From: Lama guanicoe
Lineage: Eukaryota
Reading direction: 5' to 3'
DNA length: 64,000 nucleotides
Assembly: GCA_013239625.1 (NCBI GenBank)
Contig: MU053376.1
Span: 24,833 to 88,832, forward strand
Position numbers and translations under genes: made by a program. The notes under the pieces are model-generated. The model made no database searches and was not told the DNA's origin. It worked only from the letters and a program-made list of their open reading frames with translations. How positions within the stretch are numbered: the first letter of the stretch is position 1; each line of letters begins with the position of its first letter. Shown here in pieces: positions 26,351 through 39,704 of the stretch.

Positions 26351-27720
26351 GTCTAAGTAACCGAAATAAAAAAAAAAAGTTGCCATTTATCTGTGTTTGG
26401 TAAGGCTGAAGAAGGAGCTGTGTTCGGGTAAATGGCAAATGTTCACTTTCGAACATGTTAAGTTTGAAATGCCTGTTAGACAGCCAAGTGGAGATGTAGA
26501 GGAAACACCTGGCTAATTAAGGCTGGAGCCCTGGAAAGAGGTTCAGGTTAGAGATACAAGTTGAGGAACCCTCAGATGTAGACAGAGTTTAAAGATCTGA
26601 GGTTGGATAAAATCCCCTAAGAAGTTAGTGCAGCCAGAAAGCTGAGAGGCCCAAGGACTAAGCCTCAGGGCACTCCAACATTGAGGATGGCAGGTGGGGG
26701 CTGGGGCAGGGACCAGCCAAGAGGACTGCAAACGGGTGGCCAGAGAGGTAGGAATCAAGCCAGGTGCATGTAGTGTCCTATGAGTCAAGTGAAGACATCT
26801 TTCAAGAAAGACTTAGATCCCTTTGTTAAATTTTGCTGAAAGGATGAGACATAGCCCTTGGATGTGTAGAGGCACTAGCTACCATGGCCGGAGTCACCAG
26901 GTTTGGCAGAGTGGTGGAAGCAGGACCCTCACTGGAGTGGGTTGAAGAGAGAATAAAAGGAGAGAAATTGGAGACTAATTTTTGGTTTTAATCTTTTAAC
27001 ATTTTTTTTTAATTTTGGAGGAGGAGGTAATAAGATTTACTTATTAATTTATTTTTAGAGGAGGTACTGGGGATTGAACTCAGGACCTTGTGTATGCCAA
27101 GCATGCGCTGTACCACTTGAGCTATACTCCCTGCCCCCCGGACTGAGACTGAATGTTCTTTCAGATAATTTTGTGTGAAGGGAGAAAGGGAACTGGGGCC
27201 ATAACTGAAGAGGAAAATGGAGTCAAGAGAGAGGATTTTTTAAATATGGGAGATATAACAGCATGTTTGTGTGCTGAGGAAATAATGATAGGGGAGCACT
27301 AATGAAATAGGAGAGACAGGGGCAAATTAGTGGGGCAAAATCTTGAGTGAGCGAGTGTAGATAGAATCTAGTGTATGAGTGGAGGGGTCACCCTCACCAA
27401 GGAGCCAGACGGTGTCTACACAATAGCAGGGGAGGAGGCAGAGCGTGTGGGCACAGGAGCCTGGAGGTGGGTAGGTAGGGGTAAGGCCTTTATCTCAGAG
27501 GAAGGGTGAAGTAGGAGGTGCTGGAGTTTGGGAGGAGAGAGACGTTGAAGCTTTGTCCAGGAGGGTGGGAAATATGGCATGATTGCCAGGCAGCATTCGG
27601 GGTCACATGGGATGAATGGTCATGACTTCAAAGCAGAACAGGCAGCACGGCTGCGTGCAGTTCCCAGCCATGTTCAGCCCCCTGGGAGTAGGTCCAGAGT
27701 AGCTGGAGAGTTGGGTTTAA
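25090..27720 (-). mobile_element. Long L2 fragment with MLT1 (about 25370-25830) and Vic-1 (about 26980-27140) insertions
   Basis: Reverse L2 3' end (attcatttgacaactattcgttgagtgctta) and ORF2-like catgttaagtttgaaatgcctgttagacagccaagtggagatgt. Confidence 0.75.
26316..26350 (+). repeat. (TTTTG)n microsatellite
   Basis: Direct reading. Confidence 0.9.
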
Positions 27721-27979
27721 ATGAAATTAAACTGAGGATGACAATGAGTAAGAGGTGTTCTCGTTCCTCTTATAGCTGTGAGGACCACATATGCTGGTCT
27801 CCCAGGAGCCTCCTAGTTTATGCCTGGCTTCCCGTGGCAGTTAGTGACAGTGCCCCCTTTCACTTCCAAAAATATTGATTTGGGTAGTAAATGAAATGGT
27901 CATTCTACCTAGAGCCAACAAGGAGTCACTGAAGTTTTCTGAACAGCGTATTTGTCGTTGACTTTTAAGATGGTCCCTG

Positions 27980-28238
27980 TCCTGTTTAAGAGCTCACCTG
28001 ATTAGGTCAGGCCCGTTCAGGATAACCTCTCTTTTGATTTACTCAGAGTCAACAAATCTGGAACCTTAAATACATCAGTAGAATCCCTTCATCTTTGTCA
28101 TATAACCTGACCTAATCTTGGGAGTGAAATCCATCCTACCCACAGGTCCCACCACACTCAAAGGCAGGGGATTATACAGGACAGGGCTCTGGGAGGGGTG
28201 GGACTCTTAGGGGTCATCTTAAAATTCTGCCTAACACA
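27980..28238 (-). mobile_element. MaLR LTR fragment (MLT1E-like)
   Basis: ctcacctgattaggtcaggccc...gggtcatcttaaaattctgcctaacaca. Confidence 0.6.
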
Positions 28239-28433
28239 CTCGATCTGGGGGGGAACTTCTGGCCGATGGATGTCCTATATCAATCAGGTTATAGTTTTTT
28301 GAATCAGGAAGGGAATGTTGGGCCCATTAAAGGAAGCTGGAAGGGTAAACTAGAGGTGGGGAAGCCCACCAGCCTCCTTAGCTTATGGTGTGGGTCATGC
28401 ATAGCACAGCTCACCCTAGAAATGTGCTTATAA

Positions 28434-28985
28434 CTCCCATTTAATAACTCACAGAAAAGAAGTTCTTTTTTAAAGCAATCATAAAGAGATAAAGGGAAAA
28501 GTTAGAAATAAATGGAAAATTGAAACTCCAACAAAAGACAAGGTAAAAAGAAGACAATCATAAAGTTAAAAATGATAAAGAGAAACAAACAAACAAAAAG
28601 GGGTGGGGGATATAGCTTATGGTACAGCACATGCTTAAATCTCCAGTAGCTCCATCAAAATAAATAAATAAACCTAATTACCTCTCCCCAGAAGGAAAGA
28701 AAGAAAGAAAGAAAGAAAGAAGGAAAGGAAGGAAGGAAGACAAAAAAGAAAAAAAAGAAAGAAAGACAAAAAAGAAAAAAAAGAAAGAAAGAGAGAGAAG
28801 CAAAAAAAATATAATTGAGAACAAGAAGTTAAACGAAATAAAGAGGTATAAAATAGTAAGAAAAGGCAAAGCACATTAAGAACAATTAAGCTGTGCCACA
28901 TCAAGTTAAAGACTGAAGGATTAAAAGGACCAAATAACTTTTAAAAGAAAAAAATGATAGAAGGAAATGAAATGTAAGAAAAAAA
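28434..28985 (+). repeat. A-rich repeat copy 1, with truncated Vic-1 (about 28600-28690) and (GAAA)n
   Basis: Shares collinear blocks with 56791-57230 and with the reverse complement of 34860-35017. Confidence 0.55.
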
Positions 28986-30264
28986 GGACCCATAGTAAAT
29001 GTGTCTAAATCTGGAGCAATAACAAATTCAAAAACTTAACAATCTCATGCTTGCTAAGTCAACAAGAATTCTCCAAGCTGAAGCAACCATAAAATCCAGC
29101 ATACCTATATGAACATCTTTCTCAGCAAGGGTCCTCCATCTGAATAATGATTTTTCTCAATTCTCCCAAGGATGGCACATAACTAGTACCATTTAAATGC
29201 AAAGGAGAGAAGTTAATTCATTGCACACAGTATATGCCTAGAGCATTAGGGCTTAATTCTTTCACCAAACTGGCTGATCTATGTCAAAAAGTCTGAAACC
29301 AAGAAAGGATCAGTCTATTAGGCATAGGGCTCTGTGAAACTTTTAAGGGACAAGTTTTAGTTGAGAGGTGGAAACTGAATACTGGGACATTTTCCTGGGA
29401 CATTTTCCCCTCAAGAGCTGTTCTGTTAGGTGATGACTGACAAAGTACAAGTCACTTTGGATCATTTACTGAAGATAATAAAGCTATCAACAGATGTATT
29501 GGTTTCATTCAGAGGAATTCAGAAAGGTAGCAGAGGACATCCGTTTATTTGATTTTACTCTATAAGCCTCCTAACCAAAGGCATAGGGAGGACTTGTGAG
29601 TTGGTGCCTTTTTTTAAGAAAAATAAGGCTCTTCCAAATTCACATTGCGATGGGCCAAAACTATCTTGTAAATGCTGCTAGACCAGCCTCCAGATGCTCC
29701 TTTATTTTCTTCCTTTCTAGCATTACATCAGTGAAAAAACAGACGACTGCTAGTTTCACACAACTGAACTCATCCTGGCCAAGGGACTCCTGCAAAAGCT
29801 GAGTTAGCCTTCCTCCATTCTGGAACAATCCAGCAGGACTCAGCACACACTGGAAGGTAACTATGGGTACAACGTACTAAATTCTGCTTGACTTCTTAGC
29901 TGCATGAACATACTTAATCACTCTTCCCTTGAAACACTTATTTCCTTATTATAATAGTTATCTGTTGTTGTGTAACGAACTACCCACAACCTTTAGTTAC
30001 TTAGAGCAACATGTTTATTATTTCACACTTTCCATAAGTCAGGAATTCCAGAGCATCTTAGCTGGGTGGTTTTGTTCGAAGACTCTTGTGTAGTTGCAGC
30101 TGGGATGCTGGCCAGGGCTGCAACCATCTGAAGGCTTGACGAGGGCTGGGGATCTACCAAGATGGTGCATTCACCTGGCTTGTGCAAGGAGGCCCCAGTT
30201 CCTCTCTGGGTCTCAGCTGGAAGCCTCAGTCCCTCTGCATGTGAACGTCTCCGTAAGCTTTTCA

Positions 30265-30894
30265 TGTTACCAAACTCAGATCTGGCTGCCCAATCCTTGA
30301 AAGCCAATACTCGAGATACAAGTGTTGGTTGAAAAGCTAAGGTTGTTTTAATTAGGAGGCTGGCAATCCATGGAGAAGGCAGACTCATGTCCAAGAACCA
30401 ACTCTAAAGATTCTACTTGACCATGAAAGTTTTTAAAGGGAGAAAGGGGAAGTTAATTGCAGTTAATCATTTGGAGAGGGGATCAGAGTAGAGTCTTTGA
30501 TATCTTTCACTATGTGCAGAGTTTCTTCTGATTGGTTGGTGGTGGGGTATCGGGGAGGTGTTCCAGGAATCTTGTGCTCAGCCTGAAGTTACCATCCTCC
30601 ACCTGGGTGGGGGCATTAGTTCCTACAGAAGAACTCAAAGATATATTGTCATGTATATTTCTTCAGGAGGAACCAGGACCTTGGTTTCTCATTACACTGA
30701 TTTTTCTTGACTGCTCCTCGTTTGTTTCTGCATTCCCTCCTTTCTCTGATTAGCAACTATTTGAATCTGCCCTTTGGAACTCAGGGAAGGCCAAAGAGGC
30801 TGAATGAATCTTATCTCCTATAAACAAGAAATGGAGGACAGGGAAAGGATTTGTATCTGGGGGTGGGGAGCCCACAGGGTCCTGGTCAGTTTCA
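30265..30894 (-). mobile_element. ERV1-type solo LTR
   Basis: TG...CA termini (tgttacc...cagtttca); cleanly interrupts the MLT1. Confidence 0.7.
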
Positions 30895-31081
30895 TTTGTG
30901 TGATCTCACAACATAGCATACTTCCCTCCAGGAAGAAAGAGAAGGAATTTTTAGTCCTTTTATGAGCTAATCTCTAAATTCATATTGTCACTTTCACTTT
31001 ATTTCTTAGAACTGAGTCAGTAAGTCTAGCCCACACTCAAGGGGATAAGAATTAAACTCCACATTTTAAAGGGAAGAGTAT

Positions 31082-31599
31082 TGTAAGAGAGGAAAAAACA
31101 TTCTTCCTCTACCTTCTTAGATTGACTGCCTGGGGCCCTGAAAATTAGACTGGCAAAAGACAGATTAACAAGAGAAAAACAGAGTTTATTAACATGTACA
31201 GTTCATACATGCAGGAAAAAGTGATGAGTAACTCGAAGGGGTGGTTAGAACTTAGGCTTGTAGCATCTTAGCAAAAAACAATACATTTGCAGAGAAGTGG
31301 CAAGACAAAGGAAAAGCGAATTAGGCTTCCTAGGATGGCAAACTGTGGGAAGGTAAATGTATGGGGAAAACTAATGGAAGGTAAGGGTTATTTTGGTAAG
31401 GTTTGTTGTGTAGGATCCCCTCAGGGCTGTCTCTGGGTTGCTAAGAGTCTCTTGTAATTAAGAGTTTAAGTCTCCTTATAGGCAAATAGTGGGGAAGGAC
31501 AGAGTTTTTTTGTGTTTGCTGTTTCTCGGTTGTCTTTAGCTCAAAATAATCTTTCTGCCAAAGTAGCAATTTGGGGGTGACATATTCTGATCCCCTACA
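31082..31599 (-). mobile_element. ERV1 solo LTR (MER34-like)
   Basis: TG...CA termini with 4-bp TSD GTAT (31078-31081 and 31600-31603). Confidence 0.8.
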
Positions 31600-32170
31600 G
31601 TATCAAAGAATTTGTGGACATATTTTAAGACTGTCACACTTGTCTTCTGCAGCAAGATAACTCTCCTGGTTGTCTCCCTATGTCTCTGGCTACTCACTCT
31701 GAATGTCCCTCTATGGTTCTTTCTGTTCCTTGGGTGCGATTTCTCACCTACTCTACTAGAGTAGGGTCACCCTGCTCTAACTTGTATCAACTTCTTCAGA
31801 CCCTTCTCCTGGACCTCCAATACATGCCACCTGTCCTCTGGGTGTTTCTTCTTAGATGTCTCAGTGGTAGCTCAAACTCATCTCCTCCTGTTTTTTGTTT
31901 GTTTGTTTGTTTGTTTTTTGATCCCTGCACTTGGCTTTTCTCTTGTGTTCTCTATCTTGTGAATGACAGACATCTCCATCTGGTCAGGTCCTGGAGTCTG
32001 AAAGTTAGAAGTGATCCCTGCTCATCCTTGTCTCTCATCTCCTACATCCAAGTAGTCAACAGTTTAGTCTACTTCCTAAGGTGATCTCAAATCTATCCCT
32101 TGGCTCCATCTCCACTGCTACTACCCAGCTTAAGCTATTATGTCCTGTCTGAAGGACCACAATAACCTCC

Positions 32171-32672
32171 TGTGGTAGGCAGAACAAGGGTTCCCAAAGA
32201 TGTATGTCCATGTCCTAATCCACAGACCTGTGAATGTATCGCCTTACATGGGAAAAAGGACTTTCAAATGTGACTAAATTAGGATCCTGAGGTGGGAAGA
32301 TTGTCCAGGATTATCTGAGTGGGCCCAGAGTAATCACAAGGGTCCTTACAAGAGAGAGGCAGGAAGGTCAGACATAAAGAGGGGATGCAATGATGGTAGC
32401 AGAGATTGGCAAGATGCCCTTTGCCCTTTGAAGGTGAAAGAAAGGGCCATGACCCAAAGAATGCAGGTAGCCTCTAGAAGCTCAGAAAGACAAGGAAACA
32501 GATTTTCCACTCGGACCTGCAGAAGGAACCATCCTTGCCAACATCTTAGCTTTGCCCAGTAAATCTGACTTTGGACTTCTGACCTGCAGAGCTGTAAGAT
32601 AATACAGGTGTGTTGTTTAAAGCCACCAGATTTGTGGTAATTTGTCACAGCCATGGTAGAAAGTAAATACAC
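32171..32672 (+). mobile_element. MaLR LTR (MLT1D-like) inside an L2
   Basis: tgtggtaggcagaa...gtcctaatccacagacctgtgaatgt...tttaaagccaccagatttgtggtaatttgtcacagc. Confidence 0.8.
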
Positions 32673-34212
32673 ATCCTAATTCTTCCAGTCTACTCACGTC
32701 CCCTCAGACACAAAGATCATCTGTCCACATCCCCTTCAAAACACTTCTATGACTTCTCTGCATCCCTAGGATAAATTCCAAGCTCCTTAGAAAACTCTGT
32801 CTCCAGCTCCCCAGCAGTTTATGCCCCATGAATTTATATAACACATTTATATCATCATGCTCACTCCTCACTAGACTACATGCTGTCTCAATTTAGGAGC
32901 TGTACTCCTCTGCTGTCTCACCTAACTCCTCCAAGTCAGTGCCCAGCTTAGACATCACTTCCTCAGTGGTGGTCCCTGCCCTGATTCCGAGTTCAGGCCC
33001 TCTGTTGGAGACATTACTGTCATTTCCCTACCACACCCCCGACCCACTTTATCACTATGATTGGTGAACTTGGAGGCTGCACACCTGCCTTGTTCACCAC
33101 TCTGTGTGCAGAATCTGGCATGTGGCTGGCACACACCGGTGTGCGGTGAATGTGTAAATGGATGAGGGGTGGGTCCAGGGGGACTTAGTGGAGGTGGTCG
33201 TGAGGGGCCCCAGGACTCTCTCATCTCTCATTGTGAAAACTGGGGAAGAAAACCCAGGAGGGAGAGAGATCTGGAGCCGACCGGGGAGCAGGTGGGAGTC
33301 TGAACTGCCCTCATTTCCCTTCCTGCTCAGCCTGGTGGGGAAGATGCCGGGAAGGGGATCCGGGCGTCACTGCCCTCCTGCTACAATTAGCCGAGCCTTT
33401 CATTCTCCCTCTACAAAGAGGAGAGAGCAAATCAAAGGAAGATAAAAGTGCACATCCCACAAAGGACATCGAGATGAGGGGGAAGGAAGGGAGGGTGGTG
33501 GGAGAGAGAGGCAGAGGCAGAGAGAAAGCCCTGCGGCCCAAACAAAAGCCTAAAACCGGCCGATCCCAAGGATCAGACAGTGGAGACACAAGGACAGGAA
33601 GAGAACGGGCTGCGTGGGGACCGGCAGCCCCGTCAAGCCAAGGAGGAAGAGGGAACGGGGGAAGATAAAACGCCTGTGTGAATGGCCAGGGAAGAGGGTG
33701 GGGAGGGACCCCGAACGGAGTTGGGACAAAAGCATGAAAAGACAAGATTGCCACCATCCCATGAGCCACTCCACCAGGGGGAAAGCAAAGAGGCACTGGA
33801 GACAAAGGCCGAGAGAGGGAGGCAGAGAGGACGGGAGCACAGAGACCAGCCCTGCACTGGTGGCGGGGCTGCAAGCGTCCAGGGTGGCAGCGAACTCTCC
33901 ACGGAGGTCAGCTGAGGCTCTGAGTGGGAAGAGGTGATCAGGGTCCTGGCCTGTATTTGCCGAAAGGAATCCTACCTGACTAGGTTTCTTGTGTTTGAAT
34001 TCTATAGATAGAATTAAGAGATGAACAAACAAAAGCAACGCGGTCTTATGGGCATGTCTTCTACAGGCATGCTTCCGTGGCTGGCTTCATTCTCTCAACA
34101 TTATGTTGCATATAGTGTCCACAAGCCATTTTTATTGCTGTGTAATATTCCACTGTGTAAATACACCACAGTTTCTCTATCCATTCTTTCATCCTCTGAT
34201 GGAGGACTTTAA

Positions 34213-34538
34213 TTCTGGGTAACCGTCTCTTACCTGAAATCTTGGGGCCAAATATGTTTCAGAATTTTAGAAAGATGATAAGGTGCATACATCCTATATT
34301 ACACAGCTCCCCACGCAGGGTCTGCAGTGGTCCCCAGCGACCAAACACATTAATATCTCTGCAAAGAAATGCATGAACATTCATCCCGGAAATCACTTTA
34401 CTTCCTGTTCTGGTTGGGTTTTGCCATCAGATGAGTTCCGGCTGGATCAGGTTATGCCTCTAAGTAAGAAATGACAACATTCTTGGTCTTCAGGGCTTAT
34501 GGATTTCAGAATTGAGAGTTGGGCATTGTGAACCTATA
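34213..34538. mobile_element. MER96B-like DNA transposon
   Basis: cttacctgaaatcttggggccaaatatgtttcagaatt...caaacacattaatatctctgca...ggatttcagaattg...ttgtgaacctata. Confidence 0.7.
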
Positions 34539-37500
34539 CTTCACTAGTTCCTACTAAAATTTGCTTTGGGAAGTCCCAGCAGAAAAAGAAATAGATACCA
34601 CCCTCTAGATATCATCCAGGAGCAGGACAAAGGTCCAATGGTGTTTAAGCAGCAAGATGTAATTTAGGAGTGTTGTCAGAGCTGGCTAAATGGGGCTCAG
34701 ACCCTGACTGTGTGTGAGAGACGTGCGACCCCTGCGTGCTGCTGGCTTCACACAGCTATGATCGCCTTGGTCTGTTTGAGCGTCGTAAACCTTCTTTGTT
34801 TTTATAACAGCTTCTAAGCGTGTAAATCGTTGATTATATTTGTGTGTGTAATTTTAAAGCTCATTTCTTTCTTTTATCCTTTTAATCTGCTAGTCCTCCA
34901 GTTCTGTTTTGCTTATCTTGATCATTCCTCGCCTCTGTTTTGTCCTTTATAATTTTATATTACGTTCTTTGATCTCATCTTATCTTCTCATTTTTATTGT
35001 TATTGTACTATTTTTTTAGTGACAGGGAAAGACCCCCTGGGGTTTGCAAGCTCTAGCAGTGATCATTACCCGCTGCCCCTCCCACGAAGCCAGATTGCTC
35101 TGTTCTCAGGAAAGTTTCTTTCCCTGAGGAGATTTCTGGGTGGTGGGGAGCCCTCAAATATTAAACTCACGCCTCAACCAGGAATTGGTCCTAGGACTTT
35201 TGAAGCCTTGGAAAACACCTGGTATCAACACAGGAAGCTGTTCTAAGTGGTGGGGATTTATTTCTGGGCAGATATTTCTTTGTTCTGGGAGACGGACCCT
35301 GGCTTCAACAACCCGGCACAGATGCGCGTCCCCGTGCCCACATACAGGTACTCATCATCCTTTCACGTGCTCGAGAGCACTCCACGGTGAGGATGCAGCG
35401 ATGTGGGTTTGGTCTTTGCCCTAGCTGCCAGTGTTTCTTTTCTGTGGGGATGCAGAAGGCATTGTTCCCATGGGTCACGGAGATGAGTGAGGCTGTGGCC
35501 CTGTCTGGCTGTCACTACATGGGGTTCAGAGGGAGCTACCAGGAGGGCCAGGCATTGTACTCTCCCCGCCTGGCGGAGATGCCCTGGAACAGCCAGGCTG
35601 AGATAACCCTAGCTCCGCCTGCGGGGGAGCGCAGATGTCTTCCCGTGGGGGCACGCCAGACTGAGGAGCCAGGCTCTGGGAAATATACAGAATGGGGAGA
35701 GAGGCTGGTTAACTTCCTCAGAGCTAGGCCAAGTCCTACACTGGTTCTTTTGTCCCAAAGTGGGGCACATTCTGTCAGTTACCCCAGAAGAGGGCAGACC
35801 CCCAAGAAGACAATCTTGGGGACGTGGACTTGAGAGTGCCTTGGGGCTCCGAGGATAACAAGGCCCTAAACATAGTCCCTCCCCACTCCAGGAAGGAGAG
35901 GCAGGCCTGGGGAGCAGGGAAGCAGGCCGAGAATGAAGCTGGGGGCAGTCGGGGAGTGTCCCTGGTCATAACTGGTTGTCAGTTGTATGTTTCCCGGCAT
36001 CCCAATGCCCCTCCAAGGGTCCCAAGCCTTCATGTAGCGCGTCTGAGCAATGCCACCAGATTCCAGCTCACCTGTGAGCAGTAGGGAGCCACCTGTGTCC
36101 TCACGTAGGACAGAGCAATAGAGGGGAGACCTGCCTCCCCGGCCCACCCTCCTGCTCAGTGCAGTCGGGACAGTGGCTCAGCAACCTCAGGCTGATCATC
36201 CGCTGGGAAGCTGTGGGCTGAGCTGGTGGTTATTTTTAGTTCATTTCATCATTTAGTTGCACTCTGCTTTTTGTATCATCTTAATAATTTTTTCATTTCT
36301 TTTAATATACTTTTAAAAAATGAACTGTTATAATCTTTTTTACTTTCCCTTTTTCTTTTTCTATTTCTTCACCTTAATGCACTGGGTTCTGGGGACCCAG
36401 GCCTCAGGGGAAAGCCAGGAGGAGCCCAAGCAAAGACGGCTGGACGCTCTGCCATCTCTGATTTAACCCTTAATATTAGGGATAATATCTTTTTTTTTTA
36501 CCAGGCACATCTTGTCCCCAGTGACCCCTCTTAAAAACTTCTACCTGTGGAATTCAGGAGCCTCCGGGCCAGAATTCCTCCCCCGGGTAGTAATAATACC
36601 TATACTGGTAACATGTTTGAACTAGGGAGTTGAAGGTGGCACTTGCTATGTTTATAATTAGAAAGGTGCCACATGCTCATCATTGAGAAATACAAATACA
36701 AAAAGGTATGAGAAAAATGTATGTCCCTCAACCCCCCGCCCTCAATCCTGCTCCAGACTCAGAGTAATCTTGCTAACACATGTGTAGAAATAGATTTGTG
36801 GCGTAGACATGCAGAGGTCCATTTAAAATTTGGTAGGTAAGGCCAAACTGTCCTCCAAAAAGGCTAAGCCAATTTATATTCCTACCAACAGCTTATAAAA
36901 GGGCCGCTTTCCCCCTTTGTCGACACCCTCACCAGCACAGCAGAAGATCTAAGCCAGACCTCTGGAAATTCTTCTGGCATCAGCCTGCCCCCGCCCTGCA
37001 TGCCCCTGTCCCCGCCGCCCTGACCCACTGCCCCGCTCTCAGGATATTTGGATCCAGGCAATGGGGTTGATGTGAGTATTTGTCCACTAATCACAGCTCC
37101 TGCTCGGCTCCACCCCCAGGCAGGAGGGGTGCGGTCACCTTGAAGGTCCAGCTCCTGAAGCCCCGTGCCAAGGGGCTCCCTTTAGCTCAGCAGAAACAGC
37201 AGCTTACCCACTCAAGCAGGAGGCCCCCAGGCATGCTTGAGAATGGGCGTGCCTATCTTCTTGTTCATGTAGGCAGACACCCACTGAGAACCAAGCGTTG
37301 AGTCAGGCCTGAAGGTCCGTCTGAATTTTTCCCAAATCTTGATCCTCTCACAGTGGGAGTGGGCAGAGCCTTCCCTCTCCACACCCTCCCGCCACATCTA
37401 ATAGCATTGCATTGCCCTGGGGAATGTTCCCAGGAGCGTGTGTGCACCCGGCATGGACTGGTTAAGATGATGGGGCTCCAGCCAGCCCACCACAGCGGGG

Positions 37501-38099
37501 TGGACAGTATGTGGGTGAGCAGGAAGAGGGTGGGTGTCAACATTATCAGTTTCAGAGATGCTCCAACTGCAGGTGAGAGAGGTGGTTGGGAGGGCAGCCC
37601 TAACTAAGGTGTGGCTAGCAGGTGGGACCAGGTGAAGCAGAGCCAAGGTGAGGGGGAGGGAAAGGGGCAGAGCTGGCTGAAAGGAGACCCTCATGTAACC
37701 CCGGACCTGGGTACCAGCTGTCTCACCAAGGCCTAGCAGCTGATTGACAGGTGAGAACTAGTCCCCATCCCAGACAACTGGTTTGACTTCTTCCTCTCTG
37801 AGTTAACTGACCTCAAAAAACAGCTGTAAGTTTCCTTACTTGGCAGTTAAGACAGACTTCATCTTCTTCTCCTGCAATGGTGTGGCTCTGTGGGAAGGAG
37901 GCCCCAGAGGGGGAGATGTTCAAGGGCTGTAGCCCTTGATGCCAGGTGCCTGGATAGATCATCTGGGATCTGTCCACCGTGCTGGGTGAGGGGTGCCCCA
38001 CAGAGTAAGAGGTCCCTTTTACCCCAGCTGCCCTCAAATGGAACAAAATATCTCCTGTAAAAAGAGGCAGTTTGAGTCAACAACATTCCTTTGGTTATA

Positions 38100-38565
38100 G
38101 ACTGGCTTATCCCATACCCATTCCAAACCTCCTTTCCCCTCCCCTAGCTCGACTCTAGAGGCTGGAAAAACCAAAGCCACCTTTTTATCTTCTGTAGCTG
38201 TAGGTGACTTTTGACAATGTCCTGGCCAATTACGCATAAGCAAAAACCTGTTTGGGTTTTGGGAAACCCTTGTTTCTTAATAAATGGGATAGATATAGCT
38301 GGTACCATTCTTTACCACTGTTGCCCATCTTGAATGGGGGTGTGATAGCTGGAGCTATGGCATTCTTATTGTGACTCTGAGAATAAGTCCAAGAAAAATA
38401 CAAGATGTTATCTGTAATATTATAGTGCCTTAATATTAAACCAATGCCAGCTACTGACAACCTGCAGACTTCTTGCTATGTAAGGAAAATAAATCCCAAT
38501 TTATTTAAGCCCTTGTAAGTTGGCTTTTCTGTTTCTTGTTATTGAAAAGCATTCCTAAGTGATAA
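38100..38565 (+). mobile_element. Old MaLR LTR (MLT1J/K-like)
   Basis: gtgatagctggagctatggcattc...aaaataaatccc...tttaagcc...aaaagcattcctaagtgata. Confidence 0.55.
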
Positions 38566-39279
38566 ACTTGCTTATAGATGTTTTCAAAGAAAGGAGGCTT
38601 AAAGGAGCCCCTCAGCCTTTACAGTTGAACGGGGGAGATGAGTCACCAAGGCCCTCCATCTAGGAAAGGAAGTATCTGGAAGGATCTCTCTCCCTCTCCA
38701 GCATGACCTGGCCTCCTACCTCTGCTCAGGTGCCTGCACCACGTTTGCATCCTCAACTCCCAGGTGAAAGGCCTGGTATTGTTCACTCAGTGCAGGATAA
38801 ATCGAGGCCCCTGGGCTGAATGCCGAAGAAGTGAAAAAGATAGCTTCACCCTGATGGTCCCTGTGCCCCTCTGTCCCCTTGAGGAGCCCAGGGTTGCTCC
38901 TGAGACGGGAGCCAGGTCTTGGGCCTCGCTCCCAGGCTGAAGGTACGGCCGCTGTGGAGGCATGCTTTCCTCTGCTCCAGCCCTTCTCCCTGGGATCCTG
39001 GGAGCAACGAAGCTCCCGTCTCATGAGGTTTTCCAGACAAACTCTGGAGATTCCCATTACATAGCAAATAAGCAGCAGACCCCAGGGAGTAAGCAGTGAA
39101 ACAAGAGTCCTCTCTGTGCTATCACTTCACCACCTCTGGAAGAGGATGCTAAGCCCCCAGTTAATCCTTGCTAACTGTTCGCTTCTCTTTCCTACAAGGG
39201 CTCCTCTGCTTTTCTTCTTAACCTGCCCTCCAGGCATCCTCCATCCTCTGTTCTTCTCATTCTCATCCCTTATTCATTT

Positions 39280-39480
39280 TTTTTTTAATTTAAAAAAAAA
39301 TTTTATTGAAGTATGATCAGTTTACAATGTTGTGTCAATTTCTGGTGTACAGCATAATAGTTCATAATAGTTCGATCACACATATACATACTTATGTTCG
39401 TTTTCATATTCTTTCTCATTGTAGATTACTACAAGATATTGAATAGAGTTCCCTGTGCTATACAGAAGAAAGTTGTTGTT
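39280..39480 (-). mobile_element. L1 3' end inside an L2
   Basis: ttttattgaagtatgatcagtttacaatgttgtgtcaatttctggtgtacagc...gttccctgtgctatacag. Confidence 0.8.
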
Positions 39481-39704
39481 CATTTATCCTCCTTTATTCA
39501 TTTTTATGGCTTCCATGTCTCCTGAAACCAAGGGTCTCTTTCCCCAGCCCAGATGTCCCTCCTGAGCTCCAGCCTCCAATATCCAGCTACATCTGGCACG
39601 TCTGCACCCGGGCTCTGTAAACTCAGGATGTGTAAAACATAAATTTTTCTTGTCCCCAAATCTTCTCCTACCCCTTCGTATCTCAATGGCACCAATACTC
39701 CCTA

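Larger units (their letters stand above)
29955..31640 (-). mobile_element. Old MLT1 LTR interrupted by two ERV1 solo LTRs
   Basis: tagttatctgttgttgtgtaacgaactacccac... continues at 30895-31081 and 31600-31640. Confidence 0.6.

Noticed and set aside
33311..34038. Several overlapping ORFs of 100-190 aa
   Set aside because: Produced by purine/pyrimidine strand skew; no domain features.
37265..37543. Minus ORF with GWSPII...CNAIRCGG...LVLSGC, loosely like a TGF-beta mature domain
   Set aside because: Cystine-knot cysteine number and spacing (CxGxC, CC, CxC) are absent; treated as chance resemblance.
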